The notes under the pieces were generated by a model. It ran no database searches and had not been told where the DNA came from. It saw only the letters and a list, made by a program, of their open reading frames with translations. From the NCBI RefSeq assembly GCF_000008665.1, contig NC_000917.1, forward strand, positions 1,440,001 through 1,472,000: 32,000 nt of DNA. The letters are read 5' to 3'. The position numbers were made by a program, and so were the translations under genes. Positions 8,089 to 16,264 of the stretch are shown here, one piece after another. Source of the DNA: Archaeoglobus fulgidus DSM 4304. GTDB taxonomy: Archaea; Halobacteriota; Archaeoglobi; Archaeoglobales; Archaeoglobaceae. Within the stretch, counting starts at the first letter, position 1, and each line of letters begins with the position of its first letter.

Positions 8089-10299
8089 ATGCAGGTTCAG
8101 GTTTCGCTCAGCAGGGACCTCTCCTTCTTCGACATAACAATGATTGGAATCGCCGGCATGATTGGTGCTGGCGTTTTCGCTCTTACTGGTATCGCAGCGG
8201 GTATTGCAGGGCCCGCTATCATTCTTGCATTCTTTCTCAACGGAATAATCGCAACTCTCACGGGCTTGGCCTATGCGGAACTTGGTTCAGCGATGCCTCA
8301 GGCTGGAGGAGGGTATCTGTGGATTAAGGAGGCGATGGGGGATTATGCTGGCTTCATGGCGGGCTGGATTGACTGGGCCGCTCACACCATCGCCTGTGCC
8401 CTTTACGCGGTGACCTTCGGAGCCTTTTTTGCGGAGATGCTTGTTGGCTTTGTTGGTTTACCTCTACCTCACGTTTTGACCGCGAAGATTTCGTCGCTGG
8501 CGATGGTCAGCTTTCTTGCCTATGTTAACTACAGGGGGGCTAAGGAGAGCGGATTTCTCGGCAGCCTAGTGACGGTTTTGAAGGTTCTCATTCTTCTCGT
8601 ATTTGCAGGGTTTGGAATCATCAAAATGCTGAGCTATCCTGACTGGCAAAGCTCTTTCACACCCTTCTTCCCCACAGGCTTCGCAGGGGTGCTTGCGGCA
8701 ATGGGGCTGACCTTCATTGCCTTCGAGGGCTTTGAGATAATCGTCCAGAGCGGTGAGGAGGTTAAGGACCCCGAGAAGAACATTCCCAAAGCAATAGTCG
8801 TTTCGCTGTGGGTTGCAGTTGCCATTTACATTCTCATTGCCTTCTCTCTTCTGGGGGCTGTTAGGGCTGATGTGCCGAGCTGGATGTATCTCGGCCAGCT
8901 GGCGGAGCTGAGCCTTGTCAAGGTTGCGGACAGCATCATGCCCCTTGGCGGGTGGATGATTCTGGCAGGAGGGCTGATTTCAACCATAAGCGCAATGAAC
9001 GCCACAATTTACTCCTCCTCGAGGGTAATCTTTGCTTTAAGCCGCTCCGGCTACCTACACCGCTCTCTTTCAGCGATAAACGAGAGAACCAAAACCCCAC
9101 ACTACGCCATCTTTTTCAGCTATATTATAATCGCCGCAGCTTCTCTCGCTCCAATTGAGGCGGTAGCATCTGCGGCAAGCCTGATGTTCATAATCCTCTT
9201 TCTCGCTGTTAACGTCACGCTCATCATTCTCCGCCTGAGGAGGCCGGACATTCAGAGCGCCTTCCGCCTTCCGCTCGTGCCGGTACTTCCAGCCATTGCC
9301 GCGGCTCTGCTCGCAGTCGTCTCATACTTCCTCATAACGCAGGTTGAACACGGAGAGGGTGTTTTCCTGATCACAATTGCGTGGATGTTCCTCGGCTCCT
9401 TCTTCTACTTTGCCTACTCCGAAAAGGAGCTGGAGAAGAGGGAGGAAGAGGAAGTAATGACGGTCTTCACCGAAAAACCTGTGGAGAAAATGGAGTACAC
9501 GATTCTCGTTCCCGTTGCAAATCCGGTAATTGCTAAAAAGCTCGTTAGGTTTGCTGAGTTAATAGCGAGGAAGAAGAAGGGGGCGGTTGTCATTCTCAAC
9601 ACCGTGAGGCTTCCTCAGCAAACTCCAATATCTGCTCCAGCTAAAGATGTGAAGAAGGCCAAGGAGCTTGTTGAAGGACTTATGAACCTCAGCGTTCCCT
9701 CGGGCGGGGTGGTAAAGGTGAGCCACAGCGTTTCGGAAGCGATTCTCAGCACCGCTGAAGAGTGGAAGGCTAACATGATCGTCATGGGATGGAGAGGCAG
9801 AACCTTCAGGAGGGACGTCGTTCTTGGCAGCACCATCGACCCTGTGCTTTTGAAGGCGAAATGCGATGTTGTGGTGATACGATTTGAACCGGGAGAGAAG
9901 ATTCCCGAATTCAGGGACGTTTTGATTTCCACAATTGGCGGACCGCACGCCAAGCTTGGTTACGAGATTGCAAGGGCTTTGGTTGAGGACAAGAGCGGAA
10001 GGATTAAGCTGCTTTACGTCGGAAGCTCGGAAAAGGAGAGGGAAAAGGCGGAGAAAGTGTTTGAAGAGGCTATGGAGATTTTGAATGGGCTTAACGTGGA
10101 AAGGGAATTTGCCATCAGCTCCTCCCCCTCTGACGTCGTGGCGAGAGAGGCGGAGAGCTTTGATTTGGTAATAGTAGGCGCATCGGAGAGAACCTTCCTG
10201 AAGAACTTTCTCACAGGACTGTTTCCGGAGAAAGTGGTTATGAAAACGTCGAAGACCGTTGCTATGACAAGGAAGTGGGTCGGGCTGCTGAATCGCTAA
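8089..10299 (+). CDS. APC-superfamily amino acid permease with C-terminal tandem Usp-like domains
   Basis: MTMIGIAGMIGAGVFALTG-type APC start (DITMIGIAGMIGAGVFALTGIAAGIAGPAIILAFF), about 12 TMs, then MEYTILVPVANPVIAKKLVRFAELIA... and FRDVLISTIGGPHAKLGYEIARALV...VIVGASERTFLKNFLTG. Confidence 0.9.
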   Translation: MQVQVSLSRDLSFFDITMIGIAGMIGAGVFALTGIAAGIAGPAIILAFFLNGIIATLTGLAYAELGSAMPQAGGGYLWIKEAMGDYAGFMAGWIDWAAHTIACALYAVTFGAFFAEMLVGFVGLPLPHVLTAKISSLAMVSFLAYVNYRGAKESGFLGSLVTVLKVLILLVFAGFGIIKMLSYPDWQSSFTPFFPTGFAGVLAAMGLTFIAFEGFEIIVQSGEEVKDPEKNIPKAIVVSLWVAVAIYILIAFSLLGAVRADVPSWMYLGQLAELSLVKVADSIMPLGGWMILAGGLISTISAMNATIYSSSRVIFALSRSGYLHRSLSAINERTKTPHYAIFFSYIIIAAASLAPIEAVASAASLMFIILFLAVNVTLIILRLRRPDIQSAFRLPLVPVLPAIAAALLAVVSYFLITQVEHGEGVFLITIAWMFLGSFFYFAYSEKELEKREEEEVMTVFTEKPVEKMEYTILVPVANPVIAKKLVRFAELIARKKKGAVVILNTVRLPQQTPISAPAKDVKKAKELVEGLMNLSVPSGGVVKVSHSVSEAILSTAEEWKANMIVMGWRGRTFRRDVVLGSTIDPVLLKAKCDVVVIRFEPGEKIPEFRDVLISTIGGPHAKLGYEIARALVEDKSGRIKLLYVGSSEKEREKAEKVFEEAMEILNGLNVEREFAISSSPSDVVAREAESFDLVIVGASERTFLKNFLTGLFPEKVVMKTSKTVAMTRKWVGLLNR

Positions 10300-10637
10300 A
10301 CCTTTTCCATTTTCTTTGCAAATTTTCTGTAGATTTCAAACAGCTCAGGAGTTGCGAGGTGTATTTCGAAGGGGGCAAAGACGTCAATATCTTTGAGAAT
10401 TTGCCCAACAATTTTCGCCCTGTCCTCGTTTCTTTTTGGAACATGTTTGGATACGATTAAGATGTCGATGTCGTTCGCTGGAGTGTGTCTGCCCTCAACA
10501 ACCGAGCCGAAAACGTACACTTCAGCATCCTCAAGCATTTTTTTGGCCAGCTTCTTTATGATCTTGGCATAGTGGCGGTAGTTCTCGAAGTACTTCCTCT
10601 CCTCTCTGGCCGTTTCAATGAAAACATCAAAGCTCAT
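10296..10637 (-). CDS. MNT-family nucleotidyltransferase domain protein
   Basis: VYVFGSVVEGRHTPANDIDILIVS = GS-X10-DXD nucleotidyltransferase signature; paired with the HEPN ORF via ATGA overlap. Confidence 0.85.
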   Translation of the reverse strand: MSFDVFIETAREERKYFENYRHYAKIIKKLAKKMLEDAEVYVFGSVVEGRHTPANDIDILIVSKHVPKRNEDRAKIVGQILKDIDVFAPFEIHLATPELFEIYRKFAKKMEKV

Positions 10638-11020
10638 AAGGCATCAACCAGATCTCGGATTTTCCTCGCCAATTTTAGCATGTTCTCAACTTCTATCCTC
10701 TCAAATTCCGATGGAATGTAGCGGGAGGTTATGTAGGCATTCTCCACATTGGAGATTCTGTCTATGTTCTCCCTCATGAACTCCTCAACAGCATCAATTT
10801 TTCCCGAAGCCTTCCCAATCTCCCTGAGTAATCGCTTTATCGAGGGCGTTTTCGGATAATCGCCAACTTTTTTGAAAAGAGCGTACTTCAGGTAAAGCTC
10901 GACAAATTGCTGGATGTTGAAGGCTGCAATATCGTAAACCCCAGATTCAATCAACTGTTCAGCATTTTTAAGGAACTTGAAAGCTCTCTCCCTTAAAATT
11001 TCCATTTCCTCAATGCCCAT
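10634..11020 (-). CDS. HEPN domain protein
   Basis: FLKNAEQLIESGVYDIAAFNIQQFVELYLKYALFKKVGDYPKTPSIKRLLREIG, typical alpha-helical HEPN pattern, immediately upstream of MNT. Confidence 0.85.
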   Translation of the reverse strand: MGIEEMEILRERAFKFLKNAEQLIESGVYDIAAFNIQQFVELYLKYALFKKVGDYPKTPSIKRLLREIGKASGKIDAVEEFMRENIDRISNVENAYITSRYIPSEFERIEVENMLKLARKIRDLVDAL

Positions 11021-11070
11021 TGAAGTTTAATTGGCACCAAAAGTAATTAACCTTTCCATCAACAGCCATT

Positions 11071-12036
11071 ATGCCCAAACTCGGCTTCGTTCAGGTTGAG
11101 GTTTCGACGAGGTGTCAGCTTAGCTGCCTGATGTGCCCGAAATCCTGCTTTAGCGATGAGTGGATAGCCAAGGACATGAATATGGAAACTTTCAGGCTCA
11201 TCCCCTTCAAAAAGTTCCATTACGCCCATCTGCAGGGCTGGGGGGAGCCTCTGCTCAACCCGAACATTGGGGAGATGGTTGATATTGCTGCAAAAAGCTG
11301 CAAAGTTGGTTTGACGACCAACGGCCTGCTAATTGACCACCATATCGACTCAATCCTGAAGCTCGACCTTCTTGCCGTCTCAGTTGCAAGCGGTGATGCG
11401 AGACAGCATGAAAGGGTGAGGGGATGCAGCCTTGAAAAGCTTGCAGGGAATATAAAGCTTGTCTCAGAGAGCAGAGGCAAAAGGCCGAAAATCGTGATTG
11501 CGACGATGATGCTGAAATCCACAATTGAGTCTCTCCCCAAACTCATCGATTTCGCCGCCGAATGCGGGGCGGATGAGGTTATAGCCAACAACCTCGATTA
11601 CATTCCCTCGAAAGAGCTTGTGGGAGAGGAGGTTTTTGGGTTAACGGCTGATAAAGACGTGGAAAAGGCTGTGGAGCAGGCTGGAAAGAGGGCGGAGGAG
11701 CTGGGAATTGGCTTTATCGCAAAGCCGAGACTGATGGAGGAGGCTTTGGTCTGTGCAGAAAACCCGGTGGAGAACTGCGTTGTTGCAGTTGATGGCAGAA
11801 TTGCTCCCTGCGCTTACCTCAATCTGCCCACAGCAAGCGAAACAATTCCAAGGTGGTTCAGGGGAAGGACTGTGGAGGTTCCGAAGGTTTACTTCTCCAG
11901 CTTTAAGGAGTGGTTGAAGAGCGATTTCAGAGACACCTTTAAGAGACGCCTTCAGGTTCTCCACCAGTCTCTGCCAACCGAACTCCCTCCACTCCCACAG
12001 CCCTGCAGAACCTGCTACAAGGCCTATTCAGTCTAA
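11071..12036 (+). CDS. Radical SAM / SPASM-like protein
   Basis: VEVSTRCQLSCLMCPKSCF (CX3CX2C) and a C-terminal Cys cluster CAENPVENCVVAVDGRIAPCAYLN...PQPCRTCYKAY. Confidence 0.85.
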   Translation: MPKLGFVQVEVSTRCQLSCLMCPKSCFSDEWIAKDMNMETFRLIPFKKFHYAHLQGWGEPLLNPNIGEMVDIAAKSCKVGLTTNGLLIDHHIDSILKLDLLAVSVASGDARQHERVRGCSLEKLAGNIKLVSESRGKRPKIVIATMMLKSTIESLPKLIDFAAECGADEVIANNLDYIPSKELVGEEVFGLTADKDVEKAVEQAGKRAEELGIGFIAKPRLMEEALVCAENPVENCVVAVDGRIAPCAYLNLPTASETIPRWFRGRTVEVPKVYFSSFKEWLKSDFRDTFKRRLQVLHQSLPTELPPLPQPCRTCYKAYSV

Positions 12037-12270
12037 ATCGAACACAACCGTCCTGTTGAAGTAGTGCGGATGGAACTGTCTCATCCATTCGGGAATCGTC
12101 GAGTAGTCGAACTTCATGAAAATCTCCACCCTTCCCTTGTAGCCAGCCTTCCTCAGCTCAAGCTCAAGGTTTCTGTCGAGCTCATCCAGAGAGTGGCCTT
12201 TGGCCACAATTTCTTCATTCTCCGCAACCCAGACATCCCCAAATCTTAGAGTGAAACTGAGCTTCACCAT
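12028..12270 (-). CDS. Small conserved hypothetical protein (80 aa)
   Basis: MVKLSFTLRFGDVWVAENEEIVAKGHSLDELDRNLELELRKAGYKGRVEIFMKFDYSTIPEWMRQFHPHYFNRTVVFDLD; compact ORF overlapping the convergent radical SAM gene end. Confidence 0.65.
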   Translation of the reverse strand: MVKLSFTLRFGDVWVAENEEIVAKGHSLDELDRNLELELRKAGYKGRVEIFMKFDYSTIPEWMRQFHPHYFNRTVVFDLD

Positions 12271-12300
12271 AAAAAATCACATAACCTCAAAATAAAAAAA

Positions 12301-12543
12301 TTAGGTGTAAAGGTGGGCGATCATCTGGTAGCTGATGTAGTAAAGAATGCCCAGCAGTATTATTGCCAGAATCAGGCTCGCTATGACCAGCTTTTTCTCT
12401 ATGGGCAGTATCTCCTCCATGCCCACGATGACTCTCTCTGTTCCGCACGCTGCACATCTGAGTATCTCTCTGTCTCCCTCAGAGACTATCTCGGCCATCT
12501 TTCCGCAGTTCGGACAGGGCTCCTCTCTCGCCATTTTCACCAC
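12301..12543 (-). CDS. Small zinc-ribbon protein with one C-terminal TM segment
   Basis: CPNCGK...LRCAACG, then LVIASLILAIILLGILYYISY; 1 nt after the end of the upstream membrane-protein reading frame. Confidence 0.7.
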   Translation of the reverse strand: MVKMAREEPCPNCGKMAEIVSEGDREILRCAACGTERVIVGMEEILPIEKKLVIASLILAIILLGILYYISYQMIAHLYT

Positions 12544-12544
12544 C

Positions 12545-13159
12545 TCACTTCAGGAACAGCAGGTGCACGTCGTGGAAGAACAGGTAGCTTATGGCCAGTC
12601 CAATCCAGATGATGAAGCCGAAGAGGCAGACGAAGTACACTAAAGCGAGCCTGCCGAGCCCCTCTTTGCGCAACACTGAGAAGTCGGATATCACTCCGAT
12701 GCTGAAGAAGGTCAGGGCGAAGAATATCCTCCTGAGGCTGTTCATCTCGTTGACTGCAGCGCTGAATGGAGCGTAAGCTGCCTTGAACTGCTCGGTGGTC
12801 AGCTCGGAAACGCTGACTCCAAGGCTCGCTGCGTAGGCGTTGATTGCTGCTGATGTGAGCCATGCAACGATGACGAAGGTCAGGAAGTAGCCGATGACGA
12901 ACTTGGGGAATCTGTACCAGATTTCAACTTTCTCCACCTTCTCTCCCGGCCTTCTCTCGATCCAGTAAACCCAGACAACTGCAAGGATGAATGCCCATAC
13001 GCCAATGAATATGTCAATGAATATCTTCGTCGTAACAGCGGCGTTGAGAATCCAGCCTTTGAGTGGTTCGTATTCAGGATTCCAGCCCAGTATCAGAGCT
13101 TCAACCACTTCACACTTGCAGTGGCAGCACCGTCGGTTTTGACAGCGAGTCCCATCCAT
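12545..13159 (-). CDS. YeiH/PSE-type (UPF0324) putative sulfate exporter family protein, C-terminal part (separate frame)
   Basis: After the first ~17 codons the frame gives EVVEALILGWNPEYEPLKGWILNAAVTTKIFIDIFIGVWAFILAVVWVYWIE..., which continues the upstream frame. Confidence 0.7.
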   Translation of the reverse strand: MDGTRCQNRRCCHCKCEVVEALILGWNPEYEPLKGWILNAAVTTKIFIDIFIGVWAFILAVVWVYWIERRPGEKVEKVEIWYRFPKFVIGYFLTFVIVAWLTSAAINAYAASLGVSVSELTTEQFKAAYAPFSAAVNEMNSLRRIFFALTFFSIGVISDFSVLRKEGLGRLALVYFVCLFGFIIWIGLAISYLFFHDVHLLFLK

Positions 13160-14052
13160 GCTCCAGCCACGAGGGGCTGGTGCTGCAGGAAGGTTGCGGC
13201 AAGGAAAGGTAGGAAGAGCAGCTCAACCACAGCAAAGACGATAACGAGCGATGCAACCATGACTGGCACCACTGGCCTTGCCCTGATGGCTCCTCCAGTT
13301 GCTATGGCCGCTGAAACACCGCAAATTGAGATACCCGACGCAAGCGGAGCAGCCCACTCCCTGCTGAAGCCGAAGTACCTCCTTGCAACCCAGTAAACGA
13401 GGGCCCAGTAAATCAGGTAGGCTTCTACAATTGCACAGAGACCTCTGAAGAGGTAGTTGTACAGAATCTCAGGTGGAATCGTAGGAGCCTTGATACCCAC
13501 AACAGCACCGAGCAGAACGATGGCAGTTTTGATGAACCACTCGGGCTTGGCAGCTTCTTTAAGCCAGTTGGCAAAGCCCTTGAAGAAGTTTCCTATAATC
13601 AGGCCGAGAATCAGAGCAAAGATGTATCCTGCCTCGCCCGTCATGCGCAGCGACCACGGCACTCCAGCCTTTGCTGGGTCAGTTGCTGCAATGTAGGCAT
13701 TGTGGCCAATCACCCAGCAAATCCATGTTAAGATGAATATTACTGTAAAGGCCGCGGCAAACTTTCCACCCTTCCAGCCCATCGCTACAGCGCCGATGGT
13801 TGTGAGAATCAGCAGAACAAGCCATGATACAACAAAGGAGCCAATCGGTCCGAGGTAGGCAAAGTTCTTGCTCGTCGGCCCCATGGCTTTTGAAACATCA
13901 ACCCAGGTGCTTGACTTTACTACCCATCCCATGATGTCCGCACCGTACGCAGTAGCAAGGCAAAGCACGAACAGCAGCATTCCAAGCCAGAAAGCCCACC
14001 AGTCCTCTTTCTTCCACAGTGAAGACCAGTCAATTCTCCTCTCTTCTGCCAT
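13093..14052 (-). CDS. YeiH/PSE-type (UPF0324) putative sulfate exporter family protein, N-terminal part
   Basis: MAEERRIDWSSLWKKEDWWAFWLG...AGYIFALILGLIIGNF...FIKTAIVLLGAVVGIK...SGISICGVSAAIATGGAIRARP...AGAWMGLAVKTDGAATAS, then frame ends VKWLKL*. Confidence 0.78.
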   Translation of the reverse strand: MAEERRIDWSSLWKKEDWWAFWLGMLLFVLCLATAYGADIMGWVVKSSTWVDVSKAMGPTSKNFAYLGPIGSFVVSWLVLLILTTIGAVAMGWKGGKFAAAFTVIFILTWICWVIGHNAYIAATDPAKAGVPWSLRMTGEAGYIFALILGLIIGNFFKGFANWLKEAAKPEWFIKTAIVLLGAVVGIKAPTIPPEILYNYLFRGLCAIVEAYLIYWALVYWVARRYFGFSREWAAPLASGISICGVSAAIATGGAIRARPVVPVMVASLVIVFAVVELLFLPFLAATFLQHQPLVAGAWMGLAVKTDGAATASVKWLKL

Positions 14053-14158
14053 ACCACCACCTCTCAACCGTCCACTACTCGCAAATCAACAAATCCCACA
14101 TTCATAATTTGGTTTTAACAAAATATTAGAATATCGTCAAAAAAAGCGTCAAATAGTG

Positions 14159-16264
14159 TTATGCTACCCTCATAACCTCCCTTCCCTCTTCTGTGACCTC
14201 CAGAACCTTCATTCTTCCATCTTTAATCATTTTGATTAGTCCCCTTTCAGCGAGATACGCCACCCTCTTTTTGGCCGTGTTCCTCGTTATGCCAAAGTTG
14301 GTCATGACATCCTTTATTGAAGGCCTCTCCCCCACTCTGTTTTGGGCGTAAACGAACCTAAGAATTTCGTAGATTTCTGCAGGCATCTCAATTTTCTTGC
14401 TCTTTATGGCGCAGCACTCCATCTTCAACAGCTTCATCTCCCTCTCACCGAGCAGCTCGCTTTCCGTGCACACAACCAGAATCCCCTTGTTAAGAACGAA
14501 GAAAACATCCTTGAGCCTCTGTATAAGCTCATAAACCTCCTCGAAGTTCCTCTTTATCAGAAGGTAGTCGATGTCGAGCAGCACAGCATTCTTCCATCCC
14601 GGCATGTTCAAAATCTCCCTGTATATTCTGTCCGGGTCAGGTTCAAGTGTGCCGTCTCTTTTCTTTGCAGAGAGCATAAGGTGGTTACCCTCCTCGATTC
14701 CGAGAACCTCTGGATATCTTCTGCTTATCACCCTACCATTGTAACCGCACCTAATTAGGTCGTTAATAACGTCCACCGCCGTGTCGAAGCTGTCAGCGAA
14801 GTAAACTCTCCCCCTCTCAACCTCATACTTCAGCATTCTCCTCTCTGCCTCCCTCTCTGCCTGCCTCTTTTCTGAAATGTCTCTCGTAATTATCGAAATT
14901 CCTGAAAGCTCTCCCATCTCGTTGAGCAGTGGAGAAACTGTGACCTCCACGTCAATGACCACTCCGTCTTTCCTTAACCTTCTCGTCTCGAACCTCAGTC
15001 CAGACTCTCCTTCCCTTATTCTCCTGATTATGAACTCCGTCTCACCCTTAATCTCCTCAGGAAGGAGCTTGGAAGCCGGCATCCCCAGTGCCTCATCTCT
15101 TCTCCACCCAAAAAGTCTTTCGGCAGTCCTGTTCCAGCTCGTTATCTTCCCTTCTAGGTTTACGGAGTAAATGGCGTCATTGGAGTTCTCCACAATGCTT
15201 GCAAGCTGCTGCAGCCCTTTCTGAACTTCGAGAATTTCTCTCGTCCTTCTTTCCAGCTCTTCGCATGTGTTCTTAAGCTCAATTTCAGCCTTCTTCCTCC
15301 TCGTTATGTCTCTCATTATGGCCACAAAGCCTATAACTTCTCCATTGGAATCGTGAATGCTGGTGAGAGTCTGGTCAACTATTATCATCTCTCCATCCTT
15401 CCTTATTCTCGGAGCCTCAATGTCCTTGACATGTCCCTCAACAACTGCTCTCTTGAAGTTCTCGGTGCACTGCTGCCAGCGCTCCTTGGGCATTAAGAAG
15501 TTTAGAGGCTTCCCTACAGCTTCCTCGGCAGTATAGCCAAACATCATCTCCGCACCGCGATTCCACACCGTAATTCTGCTGTCAACATCAAGAATGACTA
15601 TGGCATCGACAGAGTGCTCAAGAATCTCTCTGAAGAAGGCAAGCTGTCTCTCGATTTTTCTTCTTGTAGAGATGTCTCTGGCGAGGCATCTGTAAGTTCC
15701 ACCGTCCTTTTTTACGATAACTTCAACAGGGGTTATTTTTCCGTCTTTAATTATTTCGTACTCAAATTTTCCAGATTCGAGCTTCTCAACGGGAAAATGC
15801 TCGAGGACGTCTCTTACGGGCTTTCCCTGAACATCTCCGAACTTGTCCCTAAAATTGGGGGACGCAAAAGTGATACAGTAATGGCTGTCGAGCTCAAAAA
15901 GCCAGCCATCCATCTCCTCAACAACACTCCTGAACCTCCTCTCACTCTCTTCCAGCGACTCTTTTTCTTTCCTAAGCTCTTCAACCATCCAGTTAAAGGC
16001 CTTTGCCAGTTCTCCAAACTCATCGGTGGATTTGGGAGTCACTGTTCTAATCTCTCCACTCACCACACTCTGAAAGGCATCCCTAAGTTCCTCCAACGGC
16101 TCAAGGATGCTTCCAGCAGAGAAGAGAGAGACAATCAGGACTATAACCACCACGTAGAGGTAGTATACTGGTGGAACGCCCATCTCCACCAGAGAAATTC
16201 CGAGAAGCAGTGAAAGGATGGATATTACGGTTAGCATCAGAACAAATCTGACGAAAACTTTCAT
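14159..16264 (-). CDS. Membrane-associated sensor/regulator: TM - extracytoplasmic linker - TM - HAMP - 3x PAS - DUF835-like - winged HTH
   Basis: MKVFVRFVLMLTVISILSLLLG...YYLYVVVIVLIVSLFSAGSILEPLEELRDAFQSVVSG..., HAMP region, three PAS repeats each closed by a PAC-like RDIT/RDIS, a DUF835-like block (VYFADSFDTAVDVINDLIRCGYNGRVISRRYP...WKNAVLLDIDYLLIKRNFEEVYELIQRLKDVFFVLNKGILVVCTE) and a C-terminal wHTH (SIKDVMTNFGITRNTAKKRVAYLAERGLIKMIKDGRMKVLEVTEEG). ATG at 16264 overlaps the upstream stop (ATGA). Confidence 0.85.
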   Translation of the reverse strand: MKVFVRFVLMLTVISILSLLLGISLVEMGVPPVYYLYVVVIVLIVSLFSAGSILEPLEELRDAFQSVVSGEIRTVTPKSTDEFGELAKAFNWMVEELRKEKESLEESERRFRSVVEEMDGWLFELDSHYCITFASPNFRDKFGDVQGKPVRDVLEHFPVEKLESGKFEYEIIKDGKITPVEVIVKKDGGTYRCLARDISTRRKIERQLAFFREILEHSVDAIVILDVDSRITVWNRGAEMMFGYTAEEAVGKPLNFLMPKERWQQCTENFKRAVVEGHVKDIEAPRIRKDGEMIIVDQTLTSIHDSNGEVIGFVAIMRDITRRKKAEIELKNTCEELERRTREILEVQKGLQQLASIVENSNDAIYSVNLEGKITSWNRTAERLFGWRRDEALGMPASKLLPEEIKGETEFIIRRIREGESGLRFETRRLRKDGVVIDVEVTVSPLLNEMGELSGISIITRDISEKRQAEREAERRMLKYEVERGRVYFADSFDTAVDVINDLIRCGYNGRVISRRYPEVLGIEEGNHLMLSAKKRDGTLEPDPDRIYREILNMPGWKNAVLLDIDYLLIKRNFEEVYELIQRLKDVFFVLNKGILVVCTESELLGEREMKLLKMECCAIKSKKIEMPAEIYEILRFVYAQNRVGERPSIKDVMTNFGITRNTAKKRVAYLAERGLIKMIKDGRMKVLEVTEEGREVMRVA

